Source of the DNA: an uncultured Chthonomonadaceae bacterium
Lineage (GTDB): Bacteria > Armatimonadota > Chthonomonadetes > Chthonomonadales > Chthonomonadaceae
DNA length: 64,000 bases
Direction: 5' to 3'
NCBI GenBank assembly: GCA_963835065.1
Contig: CAWIEK010000019.1
Location: forward strand, 1 to 64,000
Shown: in pieces, positions 49,799 to 60,772 of the stretch
How the letters are laid out: each line of letters starts with the position of its first letter
How positions within the stretch are numbered: the first letter of the stretch is position 1
Notes under the pieces: generated by a model
What the model was told of the DNA's origin: nothing
The model's database searches: none
What the model saw: only the letters and a program-made list of their open reading frames with translations
Translations under genes and position numbers: made by a program

Positions 49799-51664
49799 AT
49801 GACACCCAATGGCGTCATCCAAATTCTGTTGTACTTCGCGCTGATTATGCTGGTCACAAAACCGCTCGGCGCGTACATGGTCAAGGTGTTTGAAGGCGAA
49901 CGAACGCTGCTCTCGCCCCTCTTTCGCCCCATCGAGAAGCTGTTTTACGGCATGTTCGGGGTGCGCGAAGAAGAGGATATGAAGTGGACGACGTATGCCT
50001 TCGCCATGCTGATGTTCAGTGTGGTCGGCCTGCTGTTTACCTATGTCCTGCTGCGTTTTCAGGGGCATTTGCCCTTCAACCCTAAAGGTTTCAGCGGCAA
50101 GGACATGACGCCTGACCTGGCGTTCAACACGGCGGGGTCGTTCACGACCAACACCAACTGGCAAGCGTATGTGCCGGAAACAACCATCAGTTATTTTTCC
50201 AACATGGTGTCGCTTGCCATTCACAACTGGATGTCGGCGGCGACGGGCATGGCGATTGCCATTGCGCTTGTGCGTGGCTTTGCGCGGCGTTCCGCGCAGG
50301 GCATCGGCAACTTCTGGGTGGACATGATGCGCAGTACGCTGTACATCCTGCTGCCCCTGAGTTTTATTGCGGCTTTGCTGTTCGTGTGGCAGGGCGTGCC
50401 GCAGAATTTCAGCGCGTACACCGATGTGAAGACGCTGGAAGGCGCGGCGCAGGCGATTGCGCAGGGACCGGTCGCTTCGCAGGAAGCGATTAAGATGCTT
50501 GGCACGAACGGCGGCGGATTCTTCAACGCCAACAGCGCGCACCCGTTTGAGAACCCGACGCCGCTTGCCAACCTGTTCCAAATGTTCCTGATTTTCTGCA
50601 TCCCCGCCGGCCTGACGTACACATTCGGCAAGATGGTGGGCAACACCAAACAGGGATGGGCGCTGTTCGCAGCCATGTCCGCCATGTTCTTTACGGGCGT
50701 GTTCGTATGCTACGGAGCCGAATCGAAAGGCGTTCCTACAGCCGTAGAGGCTGCGCATATTCTGACGGTGGATACGGGCACACAGCCCGGCGGCAACATG
50801 GAGGGCAAGGAAACCCGCTTCGGAATCGCCAACTCCGCCCTGTTCGCAACCATTACGACGGACGCAAGCTGTGGCGCGGTCAACAGTATGCACGACAGCT
50901 ACACGCCGCTTGGCGGCATGGTTCCCCTGTTCAACATTATGACGGGCGAGGTGATTTTTGGCGGCGTGGGCGCGGGGCTATACGGCATGTTGATGTACGC
51001 CGTAATCGCGGTCTTCATTGCCGGCCTGATGGTCGGGCGGACGCCGGAGTATCTGGGCAAGAAGATCGAGCAGTATGAGGTGAAAATGGCGATGCTGGCC
51101 GTTCTCGTTCTGGCTGCCGACATCCTGTGCTTTACGGCCATTTCCACCAACCTGAATATCGCGCCGGGAGCCACATCGCAGACGTTTACTGACAAGCAGA
51201 CAGCCGACGAAGACAAGCTGACGCAGCAATTCCCGTCCGCGCAATGGAACCACGTCAACAACAGCAGTCCGAGCAACTACTACGGCGCGACGTACAACAA
51301 CCAGAACAACAGCGGGGCGCACGGCTTCTCGGAAATCCTGTACGCCTACACGTCGGCAACCGGCAACAACGGTTCGGCCTTCGCGGGCATCACAGCCAAC
51401 ACGCCGTACTACAACCTGACGATTGGCATCGCCCTGCTCATCGGGCGCTTTATGATGATTATTCCGCTCCTGGCGATGGCGGGCAGCCTGGCAAAGAAGA
51501 AACTGGTGCCGGCATCGGCGGGCACGTTCCCGACAGATAGCGCGACGTTTACCGTCCTGCTCGTCGGCGTGATCCTTATCGTGGGCGCCCTGACCTTCTT
51601 CCCGGCTCTGGCGCTAGGTCCAATCGTGGAACACTTCCAGATGCTTGGCGGAAAGACGTTTTGA
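49799..51664 (+). CDS. kdpA: K+-transporting ATPase subunit A
   Basis: [30 protein letters not shown]. Confidence 0.98.
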   Translation: MTPNGVIQILLYFALIMLVTKPLGAYMVKVFEGERTLLSPLFRPIEKLFYGMFGVREEEDMKWTTYAFAMLMFSVVGLLFTYVLLRFQGHLPFNPKGFSGKDMTPDLAFNTAGSFTTNTNWQAYVPETTISYFSNMVSLAIHNWMSAATGMAIAIALVRGFARRSAQGIGNFWVDMMRSTLYILLPLSFIAALLFVWQGVPQNFSAYTDVKTLEGAAQAIAQGPVASQEAIKMLGTNGGGFFNANSAHPFENPTPLANLFQMFLIFCIPAGLTYTFGKMVGNTKQGWALFAAMSAMFFTGVFVCYGAESKGVPTAVEAAHILTVDTGTQPGGNMEGKETRFGIANSALFATITTDASCGAVNSMHDSYTPLGGMVPLFNIMTGEVIFGGVGAGLYGMLMYAVIAVFIAGLMVGRTPEYLGKKIEQYEVKMAMLAVLVLAADILCFTAISTNLNIAPGATSQTFTDKQTADEDKLTQQFPSAQWNHVNNSSPSNYYGATYNNQNNSGAHGFSEILYAYTSATGNNGSAFAGITANTPYYNLTIGIALLIGRFMMIIPLLAMAGSLAKKKLVPASAGTFPTDSATFTVLLVGVILIVGALTFFPALALGPIVEHFQMLGGKTF

Positions 51665-51787
51665 GGAGGTAGACGGTAGACGGTAGACGGTAGACAGTAG
51701 GAACTCCCTCCACTTACTGTTTAGTTTAACATAAACGCGAGGAATGTCCTACCGTCTACCGTCTACCTCCCTACCCGGAGATTACCA

Positions 51788-53914
51788 ATGGCTACTCAAA
51801 TGCAGACGCCGACCCCGATTGTAGGCGGGACGCCCGGCGGTTTCCATAAACCCAAAAATGCCCCGAAGTCTTTGTTTGACCCGGCGATTATGAAGCGCGC
51901 GGCGGGGGATGCTTTCAAAAAACTCGATCCGCGACTGGTGGCGAAGAACCCGGTCATGTTTGTGGTCGAAGTCGGCAGCGTGATTACCACCTACTACTGG
52001 ATTAAGGGATTGGTCACGCACGACGGCACGGCGCTGTTTGTCGGGCAGGTATCGCTGTGGCTGTGGTTCACCGTCCTGTTCGCCAACTTCGCGGAAGCGA
52101 TGGCGGAAGGCCGGGGTAAGGCGCAGGCCGACACGCTGCGCAAAGCCAAAACCGACGCGGTAGCGCGGCGATTGGCGGGCGGCAATCTGAAGGGCGAAGA
52201 AGAGCGCGTAGCCGGTACGCAGTTGCGCAAGGGTGATCTTGTCGTCTGCGAAGTCAACGACGTGATCCCCGGCGACGGCGAAGTGATAGACGGCATTGCC
52301 AGCGTGGACGAATCGGCGATTACGGGAGAATCCGCGCCGGTTATCCGCGAATCGGGCGGCGACCGGAGCGCGGTCACGGGCGGAACCAAAGTGCTTTCGG
52401 ATCGCATCGTGATTCGCATCACTTCCAATCCCGGCGAAACGTTTATTGACCGCATGATCGCGCTTGTCGAGGGCGCGCAGCGGCAGAAGACGCCGAATGA
52501 AATCGCGCTTTCCATTCTGCTGTCCGGCCTGACGATTGTGTTTTTGCTGGCAACCGTCACGCTCCAGCCGTATGCCATTTACAGCGTTCGCTCGGCGGGC
52601 AGCGGTTCGCCGCCCACGATTACGGTTTTGATTTCGCTGCTTGTATGCTTGATACCGACCACGATTGGCGGGCTGCTGTCGGCCATCGGTATCGCGGGCA
52701 TGGATCGCGTCATGCAGCACAACGTTCTTGCCATGTCGGGCAAAGCCGTAGAAGCGGCGGGTGACGTGAACACCCTGCTGCTGGACAAAACCGGAACCAT
52801 TACATTAGGAAACCGGCAGGCGTCGGAATTCATTCCGCTTCCGGGCGTCAACATCAACGAACTGGCGGACGCGGCGCAGCTCTCTTCCCTTGCGGACGAA
52901 ACGCCGGAAGGCCGCAGCATCGTCGTCCTGGCGAAAGACAAATACGGCCTGCGCGAACGGCAACTGAGCGCAAATGAAGCCGAATTCGTGCCCTTCACGG
53001 CGCAAACCCGCATGTCGGGCGTGAACATGAACGGAACGCAGGTGCGCAAGGGCGCAGCGGCAAGCGTGGCATCATGGGTGCAGGAGCAGGGTGGGAGCGT
53101 TCCCGCCGAACTCGACGAGATCGTGACCCGTATCTCCTCGCTTGGCGGTACGCCGCTGACCGTCGCCGTCAACAACAAGCCGCTTGGCGTTATCTACCTG
53201 AAAGACATTGTCAAGGGCGGGATGCGGGAACGGTTCGATCAGATGCGGGCGATGGGCATCAAAACCGTGATGATTACGGGCGACAACCCGCTGACGGCGA
53301 AAGCCATTGCCGAAGAAGCGGGCGTAGACGATTTTCTCGCGCAGGCTACGCCCGAAAACAAGATGGACTTGATTAAAAAGGAGCAGCAGGGCGGCAAACT
53401 GGTCGCCATGACGGGCGACGGCACGAACGACGCCCCCGCGCTGGCGCAGGCCGATGTCGGCGTCGCCATGAACACGGGTACGCAGGCCGCGAAAGAAGCG
53501 GGCAACATGGTGGACTTGGACTCCAACCCCACCAAACTGATTGAAATTGTGGAAATCGGCAAGCAGTTGCTCATGACGCGGGGCGCGCTGACCACGTTCA
53601 GCATCGCAAACGATGTGGCGAAATACTTTGCCATCATCCCGGCCATGTTCGTTGTCACGTACCCGGCCCTGAACCGGCTCAACATCATGCACCTGAGCAA
53701 CCCGAATTCGGCAGTGCTGTCGGCGGTTATTTTCAACGCCCTGATTATCATCGCGCTGATTCCGCTGGCTCTGCGCGGAATCGCGTACAAGCCGATGGGC
53801 GCGGCGCAAGTCCTGCGCCGCAACCTGATGCTCTACGGCGTCGGCGGCCTGATTATCCCGTTCCCCGGTATCTGGATTATTGATCGCTTGCTTGTGCTGC
53901 TGCATTTAGCGTAG
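51788..53914 (+). CDS. kdpB: K+-transporting ATPase subunit B
   Basis: TGES, IPTTIG, DKTGT, GDGTND. Confidence 0.98.
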   Translation: MATQMQTPTPIVGGTPGGFHKPKNAPKSLFDPAIMKRAAGDAFKKLDPRLVAKNPVMFVVEVGSVITTYYWIKGLVTHDGTALFVGQVSLWLWFTVLFANFAEAMAEGRGKAQADTLRKAKTDAVARRLAGGNLKGEEERVAGTQLRKGDLVVCEVNDVIPGDGEVIDGIASVDESAITGESAPVIRESGGDRSAVTGGTKVLSDRIVIRITSNPGETFIDRMIALVEGAQRQKTPNEIALSILLSGLTIVFLLATVTLQPYAIYSVRSAGSGSPPTITVLISLLVCLIPTTIGGLLSAIGIAGMDRVMQHNVLAMSGKAVEAAGDVNTLLLDKTGTITLGNRQASEFIPLPGVNINELADAAQLSSLADETPEGRSIVVLAKDKYGLRERQLSANEAEFVPFTAQTRMSGVNMNGTQVRKGAAASVASWVQEQGGSVPAELDEIVTRISSLGGTPLTVAVNNKPLGVIYLKDIVKGGMRERFDQMRAMGIKTVMITGDNPLTAKAIAEEAGVDDFLAQATPENKMDLIKKEQQGGKLVAMTGDGTNDAPALAQADVGVAMNTGTQAAKEAGNMVDLDSNPTKLIEIVEIGKQLLMTRGALTTFSIANDVAKYFAIIPAMFVVTYPALNRLNIMHLSNPNSAVLSAVIFNALIIIALIPLALRGIAYKPMGAAQVLRRNLMLYGVGGLIIPFPGIWIIDRLLVLLHLA

Positions 53915-53925
53915 AGGAGTTCTCC

Positions 53926-54582
53926 ATGTTCCAACAATTACGCGCCGCTGTGGTCAGCGTGCTTGTCATTACGGTATTGACGGGGTTGATTTTCCCCTTT
54001 GTGATTACGGGTATTGCCAGAGTGATTTTTCCCCGGCAGGCGAACGGCAGCCTGATCGAGCAGGATGGGAAAGTGGTCGGTTCGGCTTTAATCGGGCAGA
54101 ACTTCGCCGCGCCCGGTTACTTTCATCCGCGCCCTTCGGCGGCAGGCAACGGCTACGATGCGGCCAACTCCAGCGGCACGAACCTGGGGCCGACGAGCGA
54201 CAAACTGATTAACGGCATCCACAAGAAGACGGCGGACGGCAAGGACGATCCGGGCAACTTCGACGGTATCAAAGACCTGGCCGACGCTTACCGCAAGGAA
54301 AACAATCTGCCTGCCACGCAGGACTTGCCTTCCGACGCCGTGACCCGCTCCGCCAGCGGCCTGGACCCGGAAATCAGCCCCGCCAATGCCGCCCTGCAAA
54401 TCGGGCGCGTCGCCAAACAACGCGGCCTGGGCGAAGATCAGGTGAAGAAACTGGTGGACGACAATACGGCGGGACGGCAACTCGGCATTTTGGGCGAACC
54501 CCGCGTCAACGTCCTGAAACTGAATCTCGCGGTGGATCAGGCCGCGCCCGGCAAAGCCGGCGTAACGCCGCCGAGTCCGTAA
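53926..54582 (+). CDS. kdpC: K+-transporting ATPase subunit C
   Basis: QANGS, YFHPRPS, SASGLDPEIS, RVNVLKLN. Confidence 0.97.
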   Translation: MFQQLRAAVVSVLVITVLTGLIFPFVITGIARVIFPRQANGSLIEQDGKVVGSALIGQNFAAPGYFHPRPSAAGNGYDAANSSGTNLGPTSDKLINGIHKKTADGKDDPGNFDGIKDLADAYRKENNLPATQDLPSDAVTRSASGLDPEISPANAALQIGRVAKQRGLGEDQVKKLVDDNTAGRQLGILGEPRVNVLKLNLAVDQAAPGKAGVTPPSP

Positions 54583-54656
54583 CCGTTCAAATGAAGTAAA
54601 ACCGGCCATCCATACAATTATTTTGAGTTTCTACGAAGGAGTAGACGGAGAGAACG

Positions 54657-56072
54657 ATGAAGAAGGTATTGAGGACAAGCGCAAATTTCATTCGGAGCGA
54701 CAAGGCAGGCGCATTGCTGACTGCCCTGCTGCTTACCATGACGGCAACAGCAAAGGCGGAGGAGACCGCCGCCAAACAGGACAAAACCGCAGCCGCGTCA
54801 ACCCAGGCCGCGCCCGCGCAGACCAACCCGCCGCAGACGAGTACGCCGCCGCAGAAACCCGCCGAAGGCCAGCCTGCCGCGCCCGCTCCGGCCACGCCTG
54901 CTTCGCCTGCGCCGGGAACCGTCACGTACTCCGGGCTGATTGACGTGTACTTCGGCATCAATGCCCGCGCCCCCTACAGCAACGGTCCTTCGCCCTTCGG
55001 CGGCCATGCCTTCACCGGGCTGATCTTCCCCAACGGCGAACGCTTCGGCATTGACAACGTGGGACGCTCCTTCGATGTCAATGACCGCGATCCCAGTTTC
55101 AGCCTGGGCGAGTTCAACATCAGCCGCACGGAAGGCAAGGGCTTTCCATTTGGCGTGACGGCCACGCTCACGACGGGCGACACGGCTCGCCTCGTGCATG
55201 CGACGGAACCCGGCGGCACGAGCAGTTGGCAGAACTTGCAGCAGTTGTACCTGACCAAGACCATCCATGCGGGAGGGCGCGACATTGCCCTGGACGGCGG
55301 CATCTTCGTGACGCCGCTGGGCTTGGAAGTGATTGAAAGCACCAGCAACGACAACTACTCGCGCAGCTTCGGCTTCCAGTACGGCGTTCCCTTCTACCAT
55401 GCGGGCTTTCGCGCCACTCTGCCCCTGTCGTCCAAATTGACGCTGTTGGGCGCGATTGTCAATGGCTGGAACAACATCGCCGATGATGGGGACGGCAAAA
55501 CCGGCATTGGACAACTGACGTGGAAGCCCACAAGCACGTTCACGGGCATTTTGGGTTTCATCGGCGGCACGGAAGGCACAGGCGCGTATGGTCCCATCCT
55601 CGCTCCCAAGAACCAGGCGGGCATCAACACCTACGTGTACGAGGCGCAGGGCATTTATCAGGCCACTCCCGCCCTCAAACTCTCCGGCATCGTGGACTAC
55701 GGCACGGCTGCGGGGCACACGCTGGTGACAACCGCCGCCGGAGCCAGCGGGCAGGCGCATGTGTCGGGCACGTGGCTTGGGTTGGGCGGGTATGCGCGGT
55801 ATCAGTTCACGCCGCGCCTTGCTCTTGCCGGACGCATCGAGCAGTTTGATGACAACGCAGGCGCGGGCGGCATCGGACTGCGAACCGGGGGCTTAGGGTA
55901 CAACCGCCTGCGCGAAGGAACGGTCACGCTGGAGTACGCTTTCCTGCGCGGCCATCTCATCTCGCGCCTGGAGTACCGCCACGACGCTTCCAATCAGTCC
56001 TTCTTCGGCGCGGGAACCAACACAGCCCGCGATCAAGATACCATCTACGGCAGCGCCGCGTACAAATTCTAG
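54657..56072 (+). CDS. Outer-membrane beta-barrel porin-like protein
   Basis: Signal peptide, YSRSF..PFYHAG, VNGWN, RLEYRHD, C-terminal YKF. Confidence 0.85.
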   Translation: MKKVLRTSANFIRSDKAGALLTALLLTMTATAKAEETAAKQDKTAAASTQAAPAQTNPPQTSTPPQKPAEGQPAAPAPATPASPAPGTVTYSGLIDVYFGINARAPYSNGPSPFGGHAFTGLIFPNGERFGIDNVGRSFDVNDRDPSFSLGEFNISRTEGKGFPFGVTATLTTGDTARLVHATEPGGTSSWQNLQQLYLTKTIHAGGRDIALDGGIFVTPLGLEVIESTSNDNYSRSFGFQYGVPFYHAGFRATLPLSSKLTLLGAIVNGWNNIADDGDGKTGIGQLTWKPTSTFTGILGFIGGTEGTGAYGPILAPKNQAGINTYVYEAQGIYQATPALKLSGIVDYGTAAGHTLVTTAAGASGQAHVSGTWLGLGGYARYQFTPRLALAGRIEQFDDNAGAGGIGLRTGGLGYNRLREGTVTLEYAFLRGHLISRLEYRHDASNQSFFGAGTNTARDQDTIYGSAAYKF

Positions 56073-56188
56073 TTTGCAGCGTATAAATAGCCGTAGAGAG
56101 TCGGTGAGGCAATGCAGATGCCTATCCGATAACGATGTGTCGTAATGTCGGCGAGGTTTTTACCTGCGCCAGAAAGGGGGTAACGCAG

Positions 56189-56254
56189 ATGTCCAAGAAG
56201 AAAGACGATAAGAAGGGAAAGAAGAAGGGCGACAAGAAAGGTAAGAAGAAATAA
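56189..56254 (+). CDS. Putative Lys-rich micropeptide (21 aa)
   Basis: MSKKKDDKKGKKKGDKKGKKK after RBS AAGGGGG. Confidence 0.5.
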   Translation: MSKKKDDKKGKKKGDKKGKKK

Positions 56255-56350
56255 CTTCTAGGTATCAGGTGTCAGGTGTCAGGTGTCAGGAAATGAATAC
56301 TCTTATCCTGACACCTGACACCTGACACCTGACACCTGCAAAGGCTGTGC

Positions 56351-57894
56351 ATGAACCTGAACGTTTTGCCGTTTTTCTGGCTGATTTTGATTGCGTTTAT
56401 TGTCGCGCTGGCGGCGCGGCGCGTGAAGGTTCCTTACGCCCTCGCCCTGGTGGTAACGGGGCTGGTGTTGGGAGCCGCGCATCTGCTGCCGCATACGCAC
56501 CTGGAACCGTCTCTGCTGTTTACCGTGTTTCTGCCGCCCCTCCTGTTCGAGTCGGCCATGCACCTGCGCGCGGAAGATTTGAAGCAAAACTGGAAGCCCA
56601 TCAGCATCTATACGCTGGCGGGAACTATCGCTTCCACCTTTATTGTGGGCGGGCTGACGGCCTGGGGATTGCACATTCCGTTTGCAGCCGGGTGCGTGTT
56701 CGGCGCGTTGATTTCGACAACCGACCCGATTTCGGTAATCGCCATCTTCAAGCGATTGGGCGCGGGCAAGCGGCTGACGCTGATTATGGAAGCGGAAAGC
56801 CTGTTTAATAACGATACGGCTGTGGTGCTGTTTACGGTGATGCTGGGCGCGATGGCAGGCGGTAAAATTTCGCTGGCGCAGGGTATCGGGCAGTTTGTGC
56901 AGCTTGTAGCCGGGGGCGCGTTGTTGGGAAGCGCCATTGGCCTGCTGGCTTCCCGCGTCCATAACGAATTGAACGATCATCTGGTAGAGATCACGCTGAC
57001 AACCGTTGTCGCGTTTGGATCCTATCTGTGCGCCGAAGCGCTGCATGTTTCGGGGGTAATGGCGGTTGTGGTGGCAGGCATTGTGCTTGGAAATGTGGGG
57101 ATGCAGACGGCTATGACGCCGGGTACGCGCCTGGCCGTGACCGCGTTTTGGGAATACGCCGGGTTTGTCGTGAATTCCATTGTGTTCCTGCTGGTCGGTA
57201 TCGAAGTCGGGTTTGTGGATTGGCGGCATAAGATCGGGCTGGCATTGGGCGCAGTGGCAATCGTGCTTATTGGACGAGCCGCGATATACCCGATTTCGCT
57301 GCTTGTGAACCGCGTCAAGGGCGATATTCCCTTCGCCTGGCAGCATGTGCTGTTTTGGGGCGGGCTGCGCGGCGCGCTTTCGATGGCATTGGTTTTGGGA
57401 CTGGACAGACGATTTTCCGCAACGGGAAACGCTGATTGCGGCGACATTCGGAGTAGTGCTTGTTTTCGCTGCTGGTGCAGGGCTTGACGGTCGGGCCGCT
57501 GATGCAGAAACTGGGGCTGTGTAACGCGCAAAGCAAGGAACCCAAAGACCATCGGCGGCTGGCGAACGAACTGGTGGCGTGTCAGGCGGCGATTGCGGAA
57601 CTGGAGCATTTGCGCGCGGCGGAAGCCCATGCGAACTGGTCTATCGAACTGCTGATGCGCGACTACCGTACCCGGCTGACCCTATTGGAACAGGCGCTGG
57701 AAGAAGCGCAGCCCGGCCACAAAGTTCTGCACCGCAAACAGGCCGCTCGCGCCCGTCAACTCGCCCTGCAAGCCGAAAAAAGTTCCTTACAGGAAGCGGA
57801 GCGGCAAGGCTGGCTCGACGAAGACGACTGGCGCGAACTGTCCGCCCGCATTGACTCGGAACTGCTGGCGTTACATGCGGCGGAGAAGGAGTAG
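56351..57894 (+). CDS. CPA1/NhaP Na+(K+)/H+ antiporter (frameshift near 57417)
   Basis: FLPPLLFE, TDPISV, ESLFNND, GLRGALS. Confidence 0.93.
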
Positions 57895-57984
57895 GGAGGT
57901 ATAGAGATAAGAGATAAGAGATAAGAGGCACTCAGGATACAAGTTTGTACTCTCTTATCTCTTATCTCCTTATCTCTCGAAACC

Positions 57985-59819
57985 ATGCACAACCTGAAAA
58001 CGCAACTATGGGTAAGTCACCTGCTGCTCATATTGGTGCTGGCAGTGGTGATGGCGAGCGCGATCTTTAATTTTGTCCGCCTGGGGCGCTCTATTGACCG
58101 CATCCTGAAAGACAATTACAAGAGCGTGATTGCCGCGCAGGATATGAAGGAAGCGCTGGAGCGGCAGGACAGCGCGGCCACGTTTTTTCTCGCGGGGCAG
58201 ACGCAGAAAGCGCAGGACGCAGTATCAGGCGAACTGGACGCGGTTCCGGGACGCTTACCAGACCGAAGCGCACAACATTACGGAGGCGGGCGAACAGGAG
58301 ATTGCCGACGACATTGGACGCAACTTTGTGGATTATCGGCAGGAAGTGGAGAAGCTGCTGTACGCTCGCCCGCCTATGCCGCCCGAACAGGCGCGGGCGT
58401 TTTATTTTGGAACATTGGAGCCGGCTTTCGCGCACTTGAAGCAGCGGGCGCAGGACGTTCTTGACCTGAACCAGAAGGCGATTGTCTATGCGGATGAACA
58501 GGCCAAAGCGGAAGCGCGGCGTGTTTCCCTGGTCAGTTTCGGGGTCACGGCAGGCGCGTTCGTTCTGCTTCTTCTGCTTGTGCCCTGGACGATCCGGGCT
58601 TCGCTGACTCCGCTGCGGTCCCTGGCGCGGCAGGCGGAAGAAATCGGCGTCGGGCATCTGAACCAACGTATCGAATTGAACCGGACGGATGAGTTGGGCG
58701 CATTGGCGGCTTCGTTCAACAGCATGGCCGAGAAACTGCGGGCGGCGCGGCAAGTGGAGGAGGAGCGGCTGCACCTGGCCGAGCGCATGTCGGACGCCGC
58801 GCTGGAAAGCCTGTACGATCCCGTCATTATCACGAACGGCGCGGGGCGCGTCGCGCATTTGAACCCGGCTGCGGAGGGCTTGTTCGGTTCGGCATCACAG
58901 GCGAAATCCCGTCCTATCGCGCAGGTGGTGGGAGACAAAGCGATTGTGGACGCCGTAACGCGCGCCATTCAGCAGGAGCGGGTTTCCGCGTCGGAAGATG
59001 AAGCCGGGTTTGTCACGCGGCGCGATGGGAGAAGTGGAGCGCACGTATCGGCTTCGCGCCAGTCCCATGCGGGATGAAGACGGCAGCGTGTTGGGAGCCG
59101 TTACGGTTCTGGAAGACATCACGCACCTGCGCGAACTGGATCGCTTGAAAACGGAATTTATCGGCGTGGCTTCCCACGAACTGCGGACGCCCGTCACCAG
59201 CCTGCTCCTATCGGTGCAATTGCTTCAGGAGGGCGCAGTGGGGGAACTCACGCCCGATCAGAAGGAAGTGATCGAAGCGCAGCGCGAGGATTTGGAACGT
59301 TTAGAACGCATGATGCGCGACCTGCTCGACATTACGCGGCTGGAAGCGGGCGTGACGCCGCCGCGTTTTGCCCTTGTCGCGCCAAACGAACTGGCCGATT
59401 CGGCAGTGCAGGCGGTAGAAGCGCCGGCCCATGCCAAAGGGGTGTGGTTAGTCCGCGATTGGGCGGATAATTTGCCTGCTGTCCGCGCAGACCGTAATCA
59501 GATTTCGCGCGTTCTGGTCAACCTCCTCAACAACGCGGTTCGCCACACGCCTTCCGGGGGCAACGTCACCGTGAGCGTTCGGCAGGAGGGCGACAAAGTT
59601 AGATTTCAGGTGGCGGACACGGGAACGGGTATTCCCGCCGAGTACCTGCCGCACATTTTCGAGCGTTTTGTGCAGGTTCCGGGCGCAACACGGGGCGGCG
59701 CGGGATTGGGATTGTCCATTGCGCAAACGATTTTGAAAGCGCACGGCAGCGAAATCAAGGCGGCAAGCCTGCCGGGCAAGGGCGCGACGTTTACGTTCGC
59801 GCTGCCGGTAGGGGGATAG
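57985..59819 (+). CDS. Sensor histidine kinase, 4HB-HAMP-PAS-HisKA-HATPase (two frameshifts)
   Basis: DELGALAASFNSM, ASHELRTP, NLLNNAVRH, DTGTGI, GAGLGL. Confidence 0.93.
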
Positions 59820-59951
59820 GTTTCAGGTTTCAGGTGTCAGGTGTCAGGGAAGAACTATTTGATTGCTTATCCTGCTCTCTAGAACAAAAGCACCTATGCA
59901 GGCTCCTCCTGACACCTGAAACCTAACACCTCGGTTGAGGAGATACAAACA

Positions 59952-60698
59952 ATGGCGCGAATTCTGGTAGTAGACGATGAAAATAATATCCGCATGATGG
60001 TTCGGCTGGCCTTGCAGCACGTCGGGCATCAGGTGGAAACGGCGGCGGACGGCACAGAAGGCTTGGAAAAGTTCGGCAACGGCAGCAATTACGATCTGGT
60101 ATTGCTGGATCAGCGTATGCCGGGATTGGAAGGGCTGGATGTTCTCAAGCAGATGCGCTATCACCATCCGCAGGCGAAAATCATCATGGCAACCGCGTTC
60201 GGCACGATTGACCTGGCCGTAGACGCGATGAAGGCGGGCGCGACGGATTTTTTGCGCAAGCCCTTTACGGCGGAAACCCTGCGCGGAGCCGTACAATCCA
60301 CCCTACAGGAAGTTCCGAATACCGAACACCGAACACCGAACACCCGGACGGGCGTTACATTCGGCTCGACTACGATCAACGGCTTTCGGATTGAGTTTCA
60401 GGCCGGTTCGGGCGAACATGTCGGCGGCGGGTTTCGGCAGGTGTTTACGGTGCGCAGTCCGGGCGGCGAAAACAAAATCTGTACCGTTGTTCTGCCCTCG
60501 TATATCACGGAATTGGTAAAAGCGCATGCCGACTGCGAGCAGTTTCCCGGCAATGACCGCTTCTGGCAGGCATTGTGCGAGGAAGCGTTGGCGAATTACT
60601 TGTGGCAAAACGCGGAACTGCCCGCCGGGGCGCAAATGCGAATTGAGGAATTATCAACAGGGCTGCGCCGTTTCGTGGATACCGTGATGGCGGCGTAG
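59952..60698 (+). CDS. Response regulator with unrecognised C-terminal domain
   Basis: ILVVDD, LLDQRMPG, ATAFG, RKPF; no OmpR-type or HTH output recognised. Confidence 0.9.
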   Translation: MARILVVDDENNIRMMVRLALQHVGHQVETAADGTEGLEKFGNGSNYDLVLLDQRMPGLEGLDVLKQMRYHHPQAKIIMATAFGTIDLAVDAMKAGATDFLRKPFTAETLRGAVQSTLQEVPNTEHRTPNTRTGVTFGSTTINGFRIEFQAGSGEHVGGGFRQVFTVRSPGGENKICTVVLPSYITELVKAHADCEQFPGNDRFWQALCEEALANYLWQNAELPAGAQMRIEELSTGLRRFVDTVMAA

Positions 60699-60772
60699 GC
60701 AGCCCTCACCCCCAACCCCTCTCCCAAAGTTGGGAGAGGGGAGCAAATAAAATTCTTCACGAAGGACAACCA

